A DNA stretch of 64,000 nt, taken from the NCBI GenBank assembly GCA_051362555.1, contig CM120645.1, forward strand, positions 1,984,001-2,048,000. Reading direction: 5' to 3'. Each line of letters starts with the position of its first letter. The first letter of the stretch is position 1. The stretch is from Lingula anatina (taxonomy: Eukaryota > Animalia > Brachiopoda). Shown here in pieces: positions 1-13,494 of the stretch. The notes under the pieces are model-generated. The model was not told where the DNA came from, did no database searches, and saw only the letters and a list, made by a program, of their open reading frames with translations. The position numbers and the translations under genes are program-made.

Positions 1-698
1 TGTGGTGAAGAACTTTTCTGTCAAAAAGCTTCGTGACCGTTTGTCTAAAAGCTCCTGCGTGGGATCATATTTCTACAAACTCGACAATTCAAAGCCATGT
101 CTCCGTTAAGGATATTACTAATCAATTGTAAACATTTCTTTTCAATGGCACTGTACAGGAGTACATAGAGTCGTAGTAGAACACGGTGCCTTCGGAAGTG
201 ATGGTCACCCTCAACTATTAAACACAGGGAAGTCAGCTGTAGTTACATACCTAGAAACTCCGCCATCTTTGCTCCAAAGGTTGAATGTCCCATTTGTTTT
301 TCCTTCCAAGTCAAATCAATGCGTCTCTTCAATGTTTCATCTGTCAAAGGAAAAAATAAGAGCACTCTTGATAAAAACTCAGTATATACTGTCAAAGAAC
401 CGATGTTACAGCGCTCCGTTTCGACTTATTTCACATGTACATTTTGCAAGCCTAATATCGTGTTTTTCTATCATTTATATGGATGACTGTCCAATAATAG
501 CATAGTTTCTTTCTACACACGCACATGTATATGCTTTCAAACCTTGCCTATTATCGCCTCTGCTCAAGTCACTGTTTCATCTATCAACTGAATTAATAGT
601 TTATGATATTTTTATTTTTATATTATCAAATTTTAGTTGCCTATAATCTATGTAACTGACCCAGTAACACGGAGGTGTGGGGTAAATTTCTTTCGCCA

Positions 699-782
699 GA
701 GAGAGAGAGTAAGAGAGAGAGAGAGAGAGAGAGAGTGAAAGAGAGAAAGAGAGTGAGAGAGAGAGAGACGGCTGGAGAGAGA
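699..782. repeat. Imperfect (GA)n microsatellite
   Basis: Direct reading of GAGAGA runs. Confidence 0.9.
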
Positions 783-1638
783 GTGGAGTTCGCAGTGTAT
801 CAAAATTAATAGCTTATGTCTGAAGAATCCGCGTTTCACTCACATCGTTGGAAAATGTTCATATACCTGCCCTTAAAAGATCATTTCACACCTTAACAAG
901 TCGACCACAAATGAAACATCACAACACCCGAGAATTGCTTTTATCACAACTATATGTCAGACACTTCAGTTGAACAACGGACATCACTCTTATTGTATCC
1001 GAATTCGATAAATAATATAACAGACCGAGACACGCATGTTGTTGAAACCACAAGCACAACGCTATGAAACTGCAGCAAACATTTGAAAAATACATATCTG
1101 AAAAATACACACGACTAGATAGACATCTTCATCAAATGCGAGATGGAAAAAATTAGAGGAATCATTAGCAGACCGAACGCTTCAGCAGTTCCATTCTTTA
1201 TATTCTAGTATTTTCCAACGGTTATGGAGACGACAACCTTACTCGCCATTGGTCACACAATGTCGAGTGATGACAACCCTGGCAATAATGGCATTGGGGC
1301 GTTGGCTTGGTGAGAGAAATTATATATATTGAGTCTTCCCGCGGTAATCTATCACTGTCACTATAGCTATCACTTCGCGTGGATTTAGTCGTATTGCCGA
1401 TAGTCACATTTAGGGTAATATGTCATATATTTTGTCACAACAATTCTCTGGCAATTGATCTAGAAATGGGAAATCATTAATAATCATAATTCATCCTATA
1501 TTTCTATGAGTCAAATTGTAGAAATTGTCTAACAGGGGTTGAGAAGTCCCCGCCAGCGCCAAGGCGGCTCGTGGAAATATGTTAACCCTGTTATTGCATA
1601 TTAAAAAGGTAGTAACACCAAGGATGTGAATCCCTTAC

Positions 1639-1822
1639 CTGTATCTGTACAGCTAGACTGATCCACAGCTACACTGATCTCCGTGGAGTCATGTAACAAC
1701 ATAAAGACCTTGAGAAAAACGCGGGAGTGACCAACAAGTCCACGGGCGCGTGAACCACCTGACCGTCCAGCGAGGGTCACCTGACCCCCAGTCCGGCAAC
1801 GTGGCCCGCTGTCCATCCACAT
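1639..1822 (-). CDS. Putative first coding exon of an unidentified gene continuing left of the window
   Basis: ATG in a CAAAATG context at 1822-1820. The frame MWMDSGPRC...VFLKVFMLLHDSTEISVAVDQSSCTDT(G) ends at a canonical G|GTAAG donor (phase 1, 184 nt). A CpG-rich region lies upstream (~1900-2600). No family recognised and no downstream exon found. Confidence 0.35.
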
Positions 1823-4800
1823 TTTGTCCTCCGCGTTCTACTTACTGGGAGAGAAAGAGAACTCCTTGCACTCAAGTCGAGCGTTAGATCGAACAATAAC
1901 TGAGTAATATAGCTTCCTCTGTGACGTGACGTAACTGGCCTCCGTTTATGCCATTGGTCAATATGCTACAATGCTGGACCTCGTAGAGAATGGATACCAT
2001 TCTGACCGCCTTCACTCTAGAAAATGAGGATCCGCGGCGGCCTAGGTGACGTAGGCTACGGAAACTGTCAGGAACTTTGATCCTTATCAGAAAGCAGTGC
2101 GTCCTACCGCCTGACACTCTAAGACAAAACTTGGTCCCCAAATCTTGATTAACTGTTGGCGCTACCGGTGCCCACGGCATTAAGATGGACCTTCCCAAGT
2201 TAATAATGAACGCGGCCTCAGCACGAGCAATCGCAGGTTGCCATAAAGGTGCATATTTTGTGATTAGGCAGAATAACGAGAACATCTGTCACCTGCTCGG
2301 CTTGGGTAGGCCTACCTCGTGATCACATGGTCCGATAGTCACATACCTCCGCAGTCCACTCTTGTCCACTACAGGCCGTGTTATCACCGACGCCAGGACC
2401 GTCATTTTCCTGTCCACCGGTGCGTGAGGCACGGCGACGCGAAATTTCCTTCGCCCCGGCCCTTTCACATGTACAATCTTAATAACAGGGTCGATAGCGT
2501 TTCTGTCAAAGCGCCACTCCGTGACGTGTTCACCTCTTCATTAAAGTGTACAATCGGAGCGTGACGACTCCGGATGTGAGGAATGATAGCACCTGTAATT
2601 ATTCATGTTCCCCTGATGTGGCGGAAATGACAAATTTGAGAGGTGGATGCATGGAGAGAATAGAAGAGGACACGGTCACCGTTTTACAGTCTTATCTTTG
2701 TATTTTGAATCACGCGAAATGGCTAATTCAAATACTTGTCGTGGGTGAAATTATGTTAAAGGTATTATGTACGCATTAAAAATTTTCATAAGTATTAATT
2801 TCTACGTGTGCTAATTTTTTCAAAATTCAGACCCTAAAAACCATAAAATCCATCACGTATTAGTACCTGGCATCAATAAGTTCCTCTGATATGTATTATA
2901 CAGGAAGGCTTGGCGTTATAAATGGCTGGTCAGTCATTTAACACTTAATACGGAATAAAACATCAAATCCAAGTACAGGGACGGGTGGAGTAATGACTCG
3001 TGAGTAGGAGAAAATTGCCCTTTTCCTGAAAAAAATCGTTTTGGCGGTTAAATCCCGTATGGAGTACCTTGAACTTTTTTCTTATCTCCACCATGGAGTT
3101 TGTATCGCTAGACAAATCAGGACTCTTGTTACGATTCAAGTTACGATGTCGTTCTTATTTTCTTTCACTTCTTTTTCTTTCTTTTTTTTTATTTCTCTAT
3201 TATTTTTATAGGGTTAGGAGGAAGGAGGGATCGACCAGAAGGTCGTCAGAAATTTATTCACTCGCCCATTTACGTATCATCTTTATCATTATATTTCAAT
3301 TCGTAGCAAAACTTTCAGCTTATTTACAAGGTGTTGTGATCATGTCTGATGTGATGTGTGGAAACGGTCATTCTGGCCGTGAGATTGTCCACATGGGTTG
3401 TTGTACACTCCCATGAGAATTGAGGTGAAAAGGGTGTGGGAGAGGGAATAACCTGACCACTTATCCACGCGTTCTCGTCAGCTAAGACAACGCTGTGAAC
3501 TTTCAGATATTGAATTTTAGCCTTTTTCTTACTCCCTTGACATTAACCTACTGTATGTATAGATGTTACGCCCCCAGGAGTCCTAGGGTAGAAGGCACTT
3601 AGTAGGTGTTTGGAGTCACGCGGCCCCCTCCGGCATAGCGTCTCTTCTGAACATGTGATTTCCACTGTTAAGATATCTTGTCTCACACGAGATGACACTA
3701 GATGCCGTCCCCACCTCCAGCTGGTACGCTGGGGGGTAGGTCTCACCTTCACGTGTCCGAGTGGCCAGTTAGAGGTGTTGCAGATGGACAAAGCATTCGT
3801 CTAATACCAGTGCGTTGAGTCTCGGTATTAAAAACAGTTGTGTATAATTTACAAAGGTCGTACATGTACACTACCGGCTTAGTCCATTTCAATTGAAAAA
3901 GAAAATCAATAAATATTTTAATTGTTTATCTGTTATCGGTTCACCTTATTCCAACTTAATTAACTAATTTAATTAAAATACTTAACAGTTATAAACGCTC
4001 GCTCAAACTTTCAAAAGCAGTAGATTTTTAGTTTACCTTGACAAGAGAAGTCAGTATTAAGCGACTTCAGCCAGAATATTGAGCTTGTTTTTACAAAAAG
4101 ATAAACATAGATTTTTATAGCTTCTGTTTACCCGGGTTACTGCAGATTTTTTTTTTCTTGAATGAAGATCAAAAATTTTCGTATTCAAAGTGAAAGCCAA
4201 CGTTACAGTTAAACTCTTTAAGAAATCGAGTTTAAGTGGCGGATTTCTGTAAACGAATTCATTCAGGAAATTATCCAATCCCATACAATTGTCTTATTTG
4301 ACCTTTGAATGCTAGAAGCCAGCGGGAAAATTGTTAGATTTCGTATAGATTTCAAACATATCAGCTTTGAATCGAAATAACGCTTTGTGACTTTCAGTTT
4401 ATTGTGATATTCTCGAGGAAGCGTGTATAATATAAACTATCAGGAGTGCCTAGACATTTAACTTCTCCCTTTCCAAGTTGCCCGGGCAATACAAGTCAAA
4501 AATATATATTTTTTCATATATTCTCAATAATTCAATTTATTTATTTGTACTTACTCATGCTTGAGTATGACTGTGTAGTTTTGTTTTTCATCTAACTCTA
4601 AAGAAAAGTCAATTGTTGTATCGCATTGCTAAAAAAACTTTCAGTTTTCATTTTTACTTTTTTTTGACGTTGTGTATTGCAAATAATTTATAATATGCAG
4701 TAATATGGAGTATTTCACTTGTGCAACAACGACAGGGATGTTCTAGCTTTTTCATGGAAACTTTTAAAACCAGCTTAATCTGATTCACTTGCACCTTTGA

Positions 4801-4896
4801 TTGTACTCTTGCAATAAATTAGTCAAACAGAAATTCTTTAGCGGTCTTTGATTTGAAATTTTAGTTTTACTTATTCAGGGCTACGATGCCATTTTG

Positions 4897-4899
<3 letters not shown>

Positions 4900-4946
<47 letters not shown>
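4900..4946. repeat. (CT)n microsatellite
   Basis: Perfect CT run. Confidence 0.95.
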
Positions 4947-4949
<3 letters not shown>

Positions 4950-6154
4950 TCTTAATAAACAGGAAACAATCTCCCTTTTCACTGGGAAAAATATATTATT
5001 TTGATAAATTAAGAATTTAAGAAAGAAAGAAGTAACAACTTAAATGCCGTTATGCCGTTGAGCTCTTTCTGTGATTTTTTAATGCATGCAATTTTTATCT
5101 AAATGTATTTCCTATGATGGGAAATTCGTTATCATGCCCAAATTTTAAACATTTTCTCCGATTACGTTACAGGAATGCTGGACCATCAGTCGGTATATAC
5201 GTGACTGAAACTTAGAATGGAAAATAAGAAATATCAGTTAAGAAATCAGGACTTAAAATTTAGACAAAACATCATAGTACTATGAGAGAGAGAGAATATA
5301 AACTGAAAAACTGAGGAATGTCTTCATACGTCAGCTTGGTCACTTTTGCTCAAGAAAATCATGAGTCGGATGATGCCGAGTTTTGCTCTAGGACAGTAAT
5401 TGGGCCCACCTTCTGTTTATGAAAACGAAAAATTCCACATTAAGTAGTCATGTGTTTTTTTAACGTATACATTTATAATCTATTTCATAAAACAATTTGG
5501 GTAAATGGTTTGTGTTTTGTAAAGAACAAAAAATTCAAATTGTCTCTAACACACTCTTACGGAAGGGAATTTTCGATTGTGATCCGGTGCACAACCGGCA
5601 CAACTAGCACAATGCACCGTGACACCCACCTTATCGTCTGGTAAAACGGGTAGAATCTGTTTATCGTTTATCTTAAACTGAAGTAAAATGGGGACATTTT
5701 CTATCTAAAAGTTTAAACCGACGTTTGTTCCCGAGTTAATTTGTGAAACCGACCTCTGGATAGATGGATAACTCTACATGGTGGGACCACTCTCCCTGAC
5801 AACAGTATTTGCCTTCAAAGTTACAAATGATTAAACGACCTCAGTATACTTCAGGTGTTCTTTCCAGGTAGAAATAGGGCATTGTGGAAGTACGTTCAGG
5901 TTGCGCCTCATGGTTGACTTAATGTATATGCACAAGTCAGTCAAATGGTAAAATATAGATACGAAGTTAGTTAGTTCTTTATGAACTGAATAAGGTGGGT
6001 GTACCTGGAGATTTTAATCAGGAAGTTGAATGTTAGAAAATTATTATATTTTACATTGTTCACGTAGTGCTTAAATTGATGTGCACGCTGTTACGATCAA
6101 ATGCAAGTATGTAAGTTGTGTGTATGTGTATGTGTGTAGTTGTCTGTGCGTGAG

Positions 6155-6157
<3 letters not shown>

Positions 6158-6198
<41 letters not shown>
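6158..6198. repeat. (GT)n microsatellite
   Basis: Perfect GT run; source of the spurious THTH/CVCV ORFs. Confidence 0.95.
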
Positions 6199-6201
<3 letters not shown>

Positions 6202-6735
6202 GCTCGTGCTGGGATGAGAGAAGGAGTGGGGGTGACAGGAGGCAAAATTGGGAGTGTCAACAAAGTCGACACTTATCAAGGCCTTACAACTGTAATCACT
6301 GGCTGGGCAAACAAATCAAGTTTCTCGTATCGGTGAACCTCGGTCTGCTGTAGGAGATATGGAACGTAGGCCTACTGTGTCCATATAAATGTTCAGAATA
6401 AGCCAGAACTCTTAATCTTATCAACCCAATGTCAGATGGTATCCCAGTATCTGTCACCATAGAGCCTTGTTGCCGTCTTTTTCGTATCTGTACTGATGCA
6501 GCAAGAACGAGTCTCTTGATTGGAGAATGTAGGCTACCTTTGACCAGGGCCTCGAACAAACTCCCTCTTTCTCGAAAGTCTGCAGTAAACGAAGTGTCCT
6601 GGACTTCTGCTCCCCGCATGAGACATTTTCTTGGCTCCTTTTTCATGCTAGATAGGACTTGCAGGTGGGAGGCTGAAGTTAATGGGGATGAATGCAATTC
6701 TCGTTTGGACGCATGTGCGTGAGCGCATCTGGGCA

Positions 6736-6780
<45 letters not shown>
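6736..6780. repeat. Compound (TG)n(AG)n microsatellite
   Basis: Direct reading. Confidence 0.9.
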
Positions 6781-6786
<6 letters not shown>

Positions 6787-7222
6787 TGAGTGGAAACACA
6801 GGTGTAGGGTCTAAAAATTTGGGTGTTTAGAAATGTATACGCTCACTCATGAACTATAGGCCTACTTGTCTCCATTTGTGCACTGATACCCACGTAATGA
6901 CTTCGCACTTAAAGCCGCTCAACCTACACATTTAGTATTGTAAAACCGCAAAGTCGTGCTAGAAAACACACGTGATGTAACTCTATGCTGGCGGTTTTCT
7001 ATTCCTGTAGGGTTCATGTAAAGTATATGAAAAGATAATGATAAATACCATATGACGTCACAATATGCTGGCAGATTTCTATTCCTGTATTGTTCAAATA
7101 AAGCCTTCGTGTAGGCTATAAATATCAAAGAAAAATTACGTTGAATTTTTTCCTGCAATTCGTTTCGAAAGTTATCATGTATTATAAAAACTGTGAACTT
7201 TATTGCAGCAACTGAGGCCATC

Positions 7223-10200
7223 ATGATTAACCCACGGATAAGCAGAATGGCGGCGTATCTTGTCGTCTGCCTGTTTGCGATGTTGACGTCAGCCCAGAAT
7301 CAACCAAAGACCTTCACCTTTAAGCAGACGTCTGACGGTTTCATGATAAGCTTAACGGGTGTTAAGGTGTTTATTTGATTTTTCTTTGGCATGAATTTTA
7401 CTTCAGTTTTTCGGTAAACCTTTTTCGAAAATATTTGATTCCTTTTTTTCCAAACGTTTTTTTTTGTTTATGTTTGAACCTGAACGTGACACAAAATACG
7501 TACGTTTTCTGCATTCTTTTGTGTCGTTTAAGCGTACCTGTACTTTGAGCTTGAATAAAAAAACAGTAAAAAAAATGAAGGCCTTTTGTGTGTGTATGTG
7601 TAGTAACGCAAGGTTCAATCATTTTCCCTTTCAAAGCTGCATTATACGTGGACAGTTTTATATCCCGTATTGCTTAATATAAATGAATGCAAATTAATAT
7701 AACGAAAATGTCTTTCAAGATTTCAGAATGTGCAAAAAAGTAAAACAGTAGTGTATTTTTCCACTGCAGGTATTAGAACACTCTAGCCAGTCGCCCATAC
7801 TATACATAGGACTCGGGGAGACAAATATCACCACTTTCCACGGCAATTTCTATTTTAACGAGTACCTAATAGAAAGAAGAGGTCTGGCGGCTTACGAGGT
7901 GATGAGCCTCACTGATATCTCTGTGCAGATTGGCCTGAAAGAAGTAGAATCGCCGGCTTTACTGGTAATGTAGAATATTTCGTCATTGATGCACTTTGTA
8001 GTTACAATAACAATTTATTTAAACAATTTAATATCAATTCCATTATTTATAATACTTGATACTGAACCACGGGATCAAATAGTTTGCCGCAACAGAAAAG
8101 ACGAGGCCATAATAACAGTAATAACATAATAACAACAATAATTTTGTAACAGACTACTAACACTCCCTGTGGTCAGAGTGTAGAAAAGAGAGAGGGAAGG
8201 GTTAAACAGTTTCATGTTGTAATTTCAAAGTTACCAGAGTGAAACTATACATGGTAAAATATACGACTTACAGTGTACCTAATGTAACTTTTTCAATTAA
8301 CGTGCCTGTCAGTTATATTACTTCAATTTAATAAACATGGTTTGTGCGATTCGCCTTTTCCTATTTTCTTTGCGTGAAGTCCAGTTATATCCAGCTACTT
8401 CTCAGTAATATCACTGACAGCAAGGACCTATGTTTTCGTGTTACAGGCTGTCGTTACCATTTCAAGACCCACAGCAAGGTCATTTTTAACAATTGAAGCC
8501 ACAGCTACAGCGCGCACTACTGACCGCATGTGGCTTCGTATTGCAGCGGAAAAAGACGAGCATGTATACGGCGGAGGAGAGCAGTTCAGCCATTTTGATC
8601 TGAGGGGACGTAGCTTCCCAATATGGACCAGAGAACAAGGTACTGTAAAAGTGTTCAAAGTAAAGGTGTCTTTATTAGTAAAAGAACTGCGATAAAAATG
8701 TTAAGTCAATCGATAAGAAAAAACAGGTAGATTTTGTATACTTGGGGTGTACAAATAAAGCGTGCATTTTCAAGATTATTCATGTAAGTCCGTTTATCGA
8801 TTATATCCTATTTTTTTATCATTTGTGTGTTTTGATAAAACTTGCTGTGATATCAAAATGCGACTTTCCTGGCTTTAAGATATACACGTGTATAGAATGC
8901 AATATCATGGGATTATATTCCAGGTGTTGGAAGAAACAAAAGCACCCTCCTTACTTTCCTCGTCGACCAGTACATGAAGGACGCTGGAGGTAACTACCAC
9001 ACCACATACTTCCCGCAGTCAACTTTCTTCAGCTCTCGCAAATTCTGGTGTCACGTGAACGGAAGTAACTACGTCGTCATGGACTTCTCGCACGAGACCT
9101 TCCACGAGATTGAAATTCGGGACACGTCGTCGGCGAAAGTGCTCATCAACACAAGCCCCAGCATGTTGGAACTGGTTCAGAGTTTTACAGACTTCAATGG
9201 AAGGCCTCCCCCGCTGCCAGACTGGATCCATAATGGCGCCATTTTGGGAGTGCAGGGCGGAACGCAAAAGGTAGGCTACTAGTAGCCAACATGGCAGGTA
9301 AATTAAGACCACATCTTATAAATCGGATGAAGGTGTTAGTGGAATCGCTGATTGTTAAATCAATTATGTATATTTATGTATATTTCTATGTTTAATGTTT
9401 TCTTATTCTTCTCTTTCGTCCTCTGACTTGATGTCCAATGAGCGCCATTTTTTTCATTTACAAATCTCAGTCTCTGTATGTGCTGATATGACAGCTTGAA
9501 GTGAAGAATCTAGTCCGCACCTGTTGTTCAGCCTGCTCTTGCATTGATTGATACCTGTTAAAGTATCGTTTGCGTCCGCACCAGCGTGCCATCAGAAACA
9601 CTGGCGAGAATCAATAACTAGATTCTCGCAAGTGACGGCCTGCAGAAACGCCGTCGAAAGTTAAGTTCCCGATGATCAACCCCATTTCCTGGAGAGTCGC
9701 AAGTCGGAGAAACTTTGTAAATGGTTGATGGAGAATCCAATAAAACATTACATCTAAACTTGAACTTCCAGATGTTGGACTATTATAAAATGGCCACGGC
9801 GTCTGGTCTAAAAGTGAGTGGACTGTGGATACAGGACTGGGTGGGACGCCTGACCACATCCTTTGGCGATCGTCTGTTCTGGAACTGGAAGTGGAACCAG
9901 ACGCTTTATCCAAGTAATAAACTCTTTGATGCTTGTTTACAAACGTTATTTCTGTGTTGCCAATACATGATATTTATTTCGTAGTGTTTGAACTTGGTGC
10001 ATCTGATGAAAATGTATAGATTTTTATAAGGCGTTAGGCATATCAGTTAAGTTTGAGTAAAACATTTGGCATTTCAGAACGCAGAGATACTCCAAGTATT
10101 TTTTTTGGTATAATTCCAAATTGAATAAGTAAATAAACACAGGAGGCAGGTACTTAGTTAATTGCAAACTGAAAAACTCATTAAGTCTGTCAAAGATTCT

Positions 10201-12695
10201 TTACGCTTAAGAATTACTGAAAATTTAAAGGAAGCATCCATATAATTTACAGACCTGGACCAGGAAATAATCGACCTCCGCAAAAACCACGACGTCCATG
10301 TTCTGGGCTACATTAACCCCAACATGAACATAGAGGGCGACATGTACAAGGAGGCGGCTGGAAAGGGTTACGTGGTGAAGAACGCCCAGAACGGCCCTCT
10401 CCAAGTGAACTTTGGAGACTTTTTCTGTGGAATTGTCGACCTGACCAACCCAGAGGCATTTGAATGGTATAAAGGTAAAAAATCATGTGTCTTAATTGTG
10501 TTGGATGATTTTATGTAAAGAGATTGCTTGTGAACAAACCATTTCGTAATTTATCTAACTGAAGGTGTTCAGCTGGTCGCAGATCTGATGGAAATCCGTT
10601 GGCCAGCCGAGGACACTTTGTGGAAGGCCAATTTAGATGACTCTCTATATTGATGTGCTTTGAGAACGTAGTGATAAAAGTGAAATGGTCCCACAGTGGA
10701 CTCCGCATAACTCAATACCTTATTGCTCGAATTATCTGTTATCTCGAACACATATAGATATGGAATGTCACTTTTTTGGCATTAACCGGAATCAATATGA
10801 AACTTGCCCTAGGGCCTACTCAAATCTTTGTGAACCCTGAATAAATGTCTTGGTACCAAAGTGGTCGGATTATACAAAGTCAACTGCAAGTCATTTCAAT
10901 GAAGATGCTTACGTTATGAGTGATTCATCTCCACACAGGCGTCATCAAAACCAACATGATTGGTATTGGCTTGGATGGGTGGATGGCGGACTTTGGAGAA
11001 TACCTACCGACAGATGGCGTTGTTCTCCACAATGGCATGTCGGGAAGGGAGGTCCACAACCTGTGGCCGGTGCTGTGGGCGAAGCTGAACAGGGAAGCCG
11101 TGGAGGAGGCGGGAAAGATGGGACAAGTGGTGTACTTCATGCGCGCAGGCGCAGCAGGTACGGATTATTGAACACAGCGGTTGTGACACGCTGAAGCGCA
11201 ACTAGTGCAATGCCTTTCAGACGTGGTTTGGCTAACGCAATATATATATATTATTATTATTATTATTTTGTAAGATTTCTGGTTTATTATATGAGGAACT
11301 TTGTTAGCACATTTAGTTTTAATTTGGCACTTGCCCAGTCTTCAATTTCCAAGAGTAAATTCTGATGCATGATTGAAAGATTAGACCCATATTCTTCGTA
11401 TACTTTTGATATTACGTGCTTGATAATCATCTTTAGTAGGACTAGTCGTCATATAATTTTGATATCTCACTTCAATGCGCTTTCAATATTCTCCATATAA
11501 TCCTGATATCTCATACTGGCTTTACTTCAGGCACCGCCAAATACTCCACCCTGATGTGGGCGGGGGACCAGAACGTGGACTTCAGTTACGCTGACGGTCT
11601 GGCCTCCACCATCCCAGCGGCCCTCTCCATGGGGGTGAGTGGCATGGGTTTGACCCATTTTGACGTGGGGGGCTACACGGCCATCCCCCTCCCCCCATTG
11701 AACCTGGTCAGGACCAAGGAGTTGCTGTTGAGGTCCGCTGAGGCGGCGGTGTTCACGCCCGTGTTTAGGACGCATGAAGGTAGGCGGGTCAGTCCATAGA
11801 AAAATAAAAACCGCATACATTTTGTTGAATATTTGCATTATTTCGGCTTACCCTGTCATTTTCGATGTTTTATGAAAGGAATCAGTAGGCCTACTTATCT
11901 GATAAGTGATGTAAAGTAATTATTCAAATATAAGTGTCTACACAAAATGCGAATGTCACTCACATGACTATATCTATCTTGGATGATTCAGTCGTCCTCT
12001 TCTTAAGTCACCATCACACCAATTGCGGTTTTGCCTGTAGCGCGGTTTAGATAAATAAAAGTGCGTTGAAGGTCAGAGGTTTAAAGTAGAATTCTGACAA
12101 GACTGTATGCAAGTGAGTGAATCTCGGGCAGAGCACTACATAAACCGCAGCACCTTCGCTACCAGCAGGTGGGCCAGCTTTGATATTACTAACTTTTTAT
12201 ATTTTAGGCAATCAACCCAAGTTATGTGCGCAGTTTTATTCCGACCAAGACACACTCAACAAGTTTGCTCGTCTGACAAAGATGTTTTCTGTACTGCAAC
12301 AATACACCAAACAACTCGTAAATGAAGTCGTCACTTCTGGCACGCCTGCGCAGAGACCACTTTACTTACATTATCCCGATGATGCGAGGGCATACGAGAT
12401 TCAGTACCAGTACATGTACGGTAGGGATTTTATAGTTGCACCTGTATTTCTTGAAAACCAGTCGCAGTGGAATTTATATCTGCCTGCCGGTGAATGGGTA
12501 TTCTTCTGGAATGGAACGACGGTCACGGGACCAGCTGACGTCACAGTTGACGCACCAATAGGACAAACGCCGGTATTTTTTCGCTCCGATTCAAAATGGT
12601 CAAATCTTTTCAAAACTGTCGCAGCAATAAAGGAAGGCAATGAATGTAGTAGAGTGTCAACTGGAGATGGTGATTCGCAGACATGTCGGCCTTAA
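7223..12695 (+). CDS. yihQ: Sulfoquinovosidase-like glycoside hydrolase family 31 (YihQ homolog), secreted, ~732 aa, 9 exons
   Basis: Exons join(7223-7366,7770-7964,8447-8639,8924-9270,9772-9913,10253-10474,10939-11157,11531-11779,12208-12695). All introns are GT-AG and phase-consistent, 2199 nt in total. Motifs colinear with E. coli YihQ as recalled: YGGGEQFSHFDLRG, WTREQGVGRNK, LGVQGG, WIQDWVG..TSFGDRLFWNWKW, GYINP, VDLTNPEA, GWMADFGEYLP (nucleophile), MWAGDQNVD (acid/base), HFDVGGY, RTHEGN, RPLYLHYP, YQYMYGRDFIVAPV, APIGQTPVF. N-terminal signal peptide MAAYLVVCLFAMLTSA (alternative ATG at 7247). Confidence 0.95.
10693..10750. mobile_element. Possible Tc1/mariner-type MITE terminal fragment in intron 6 of the GH31 gene
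   Basis: CAGTGGACTCCGCATAACTC followed by repeated CTCGAA units (TTGCTCGAA, TATCTCGAA), resembling a common invertebrate MITE terminus. No partner end seen. Confidence 0.3.
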
Positions 12696-13494
12696 CATTT
12701 TCGCTGTAGCCTTAGTACGACAATTAACGAGTACTCTCCCACAATAATACATCACTTGGGATTTTTACGATATATTTTAATACATGTACTTTTAAAAATC
12801 CGTTTGACACAAAGAAGGAAAAGCTCTAGGTAAAACACAATTAGGTTTTATTACTTTCGACTTTTTATAATTGAATACGAGGGAAAAAAAATTGGACCTA
12901 GCTTTAACTAAGTCAATAAATTCACTAGCACATCCAAGCAACTACAATCATAATAACACCATTGATAAATTTTTAAACGCGATTTCTTTTACATTTTATT
13001 TGTTAAAGTGTACCGTAAATTATTTCAATATATCAGTCCACAATCTGTAACGTTATGGCCAAATTTAACTCCAACCAAATAGTTTTTACTTCTAGTTTTT
13101 CTAGTTCGTATAATTGACAAATGTGGACAGTACTTATAATTATGAATTATTGTAAATAATGCCTGAATCCTTACTCTTTCTCCTCGCTAAAACTAGTACG
13201 TAAGAGGGGACATACATGTAGTTACCATAAGTAGCCAACATTTCTGTATGTTCTATCGTGTACTGATGGTGACTTTCTTAAAATAATTATTATTTTACTG
13301 CATTCATCAGCACATGTGATCCTAAAAATATCTTTCATGTTTGAAACGCTGTATGTATGTTGTTTAACGTTTTTTTGCTGTCTTTGATGTTGTTCTACAG
13401 TAATATAAGTTGGTTTTCACTGAACTGTTGGTGCCAACGTGTATACAGTGTTGCTCTGATTAAATTCTTGGAGAAATCCATTGGGCTGAGAATT

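Noticed and set aside
6060-6353. ORFs with THTHTH/CVCVCV runs (also at 16304-16636, 33561-33826, 50388-50639)
   Set aside because: Translations of dinucleotide microsatellites, not genes.
6296-6736. 146-aa minus-strand ORF and overlapping plus-strand ORF
   Set aside because: No recognisable motif or convincing splice context; it starts at the edge of a microsatellite and may be chance or an old repeat.
7223-12695. Bacterial contamination or a sulfoglycolysis operon as the source of the YihQ-like sequence
   Set aside because: Eight spliceosomal introns, a signal peptide and animal neighbours; no other yih-like genes in the window.
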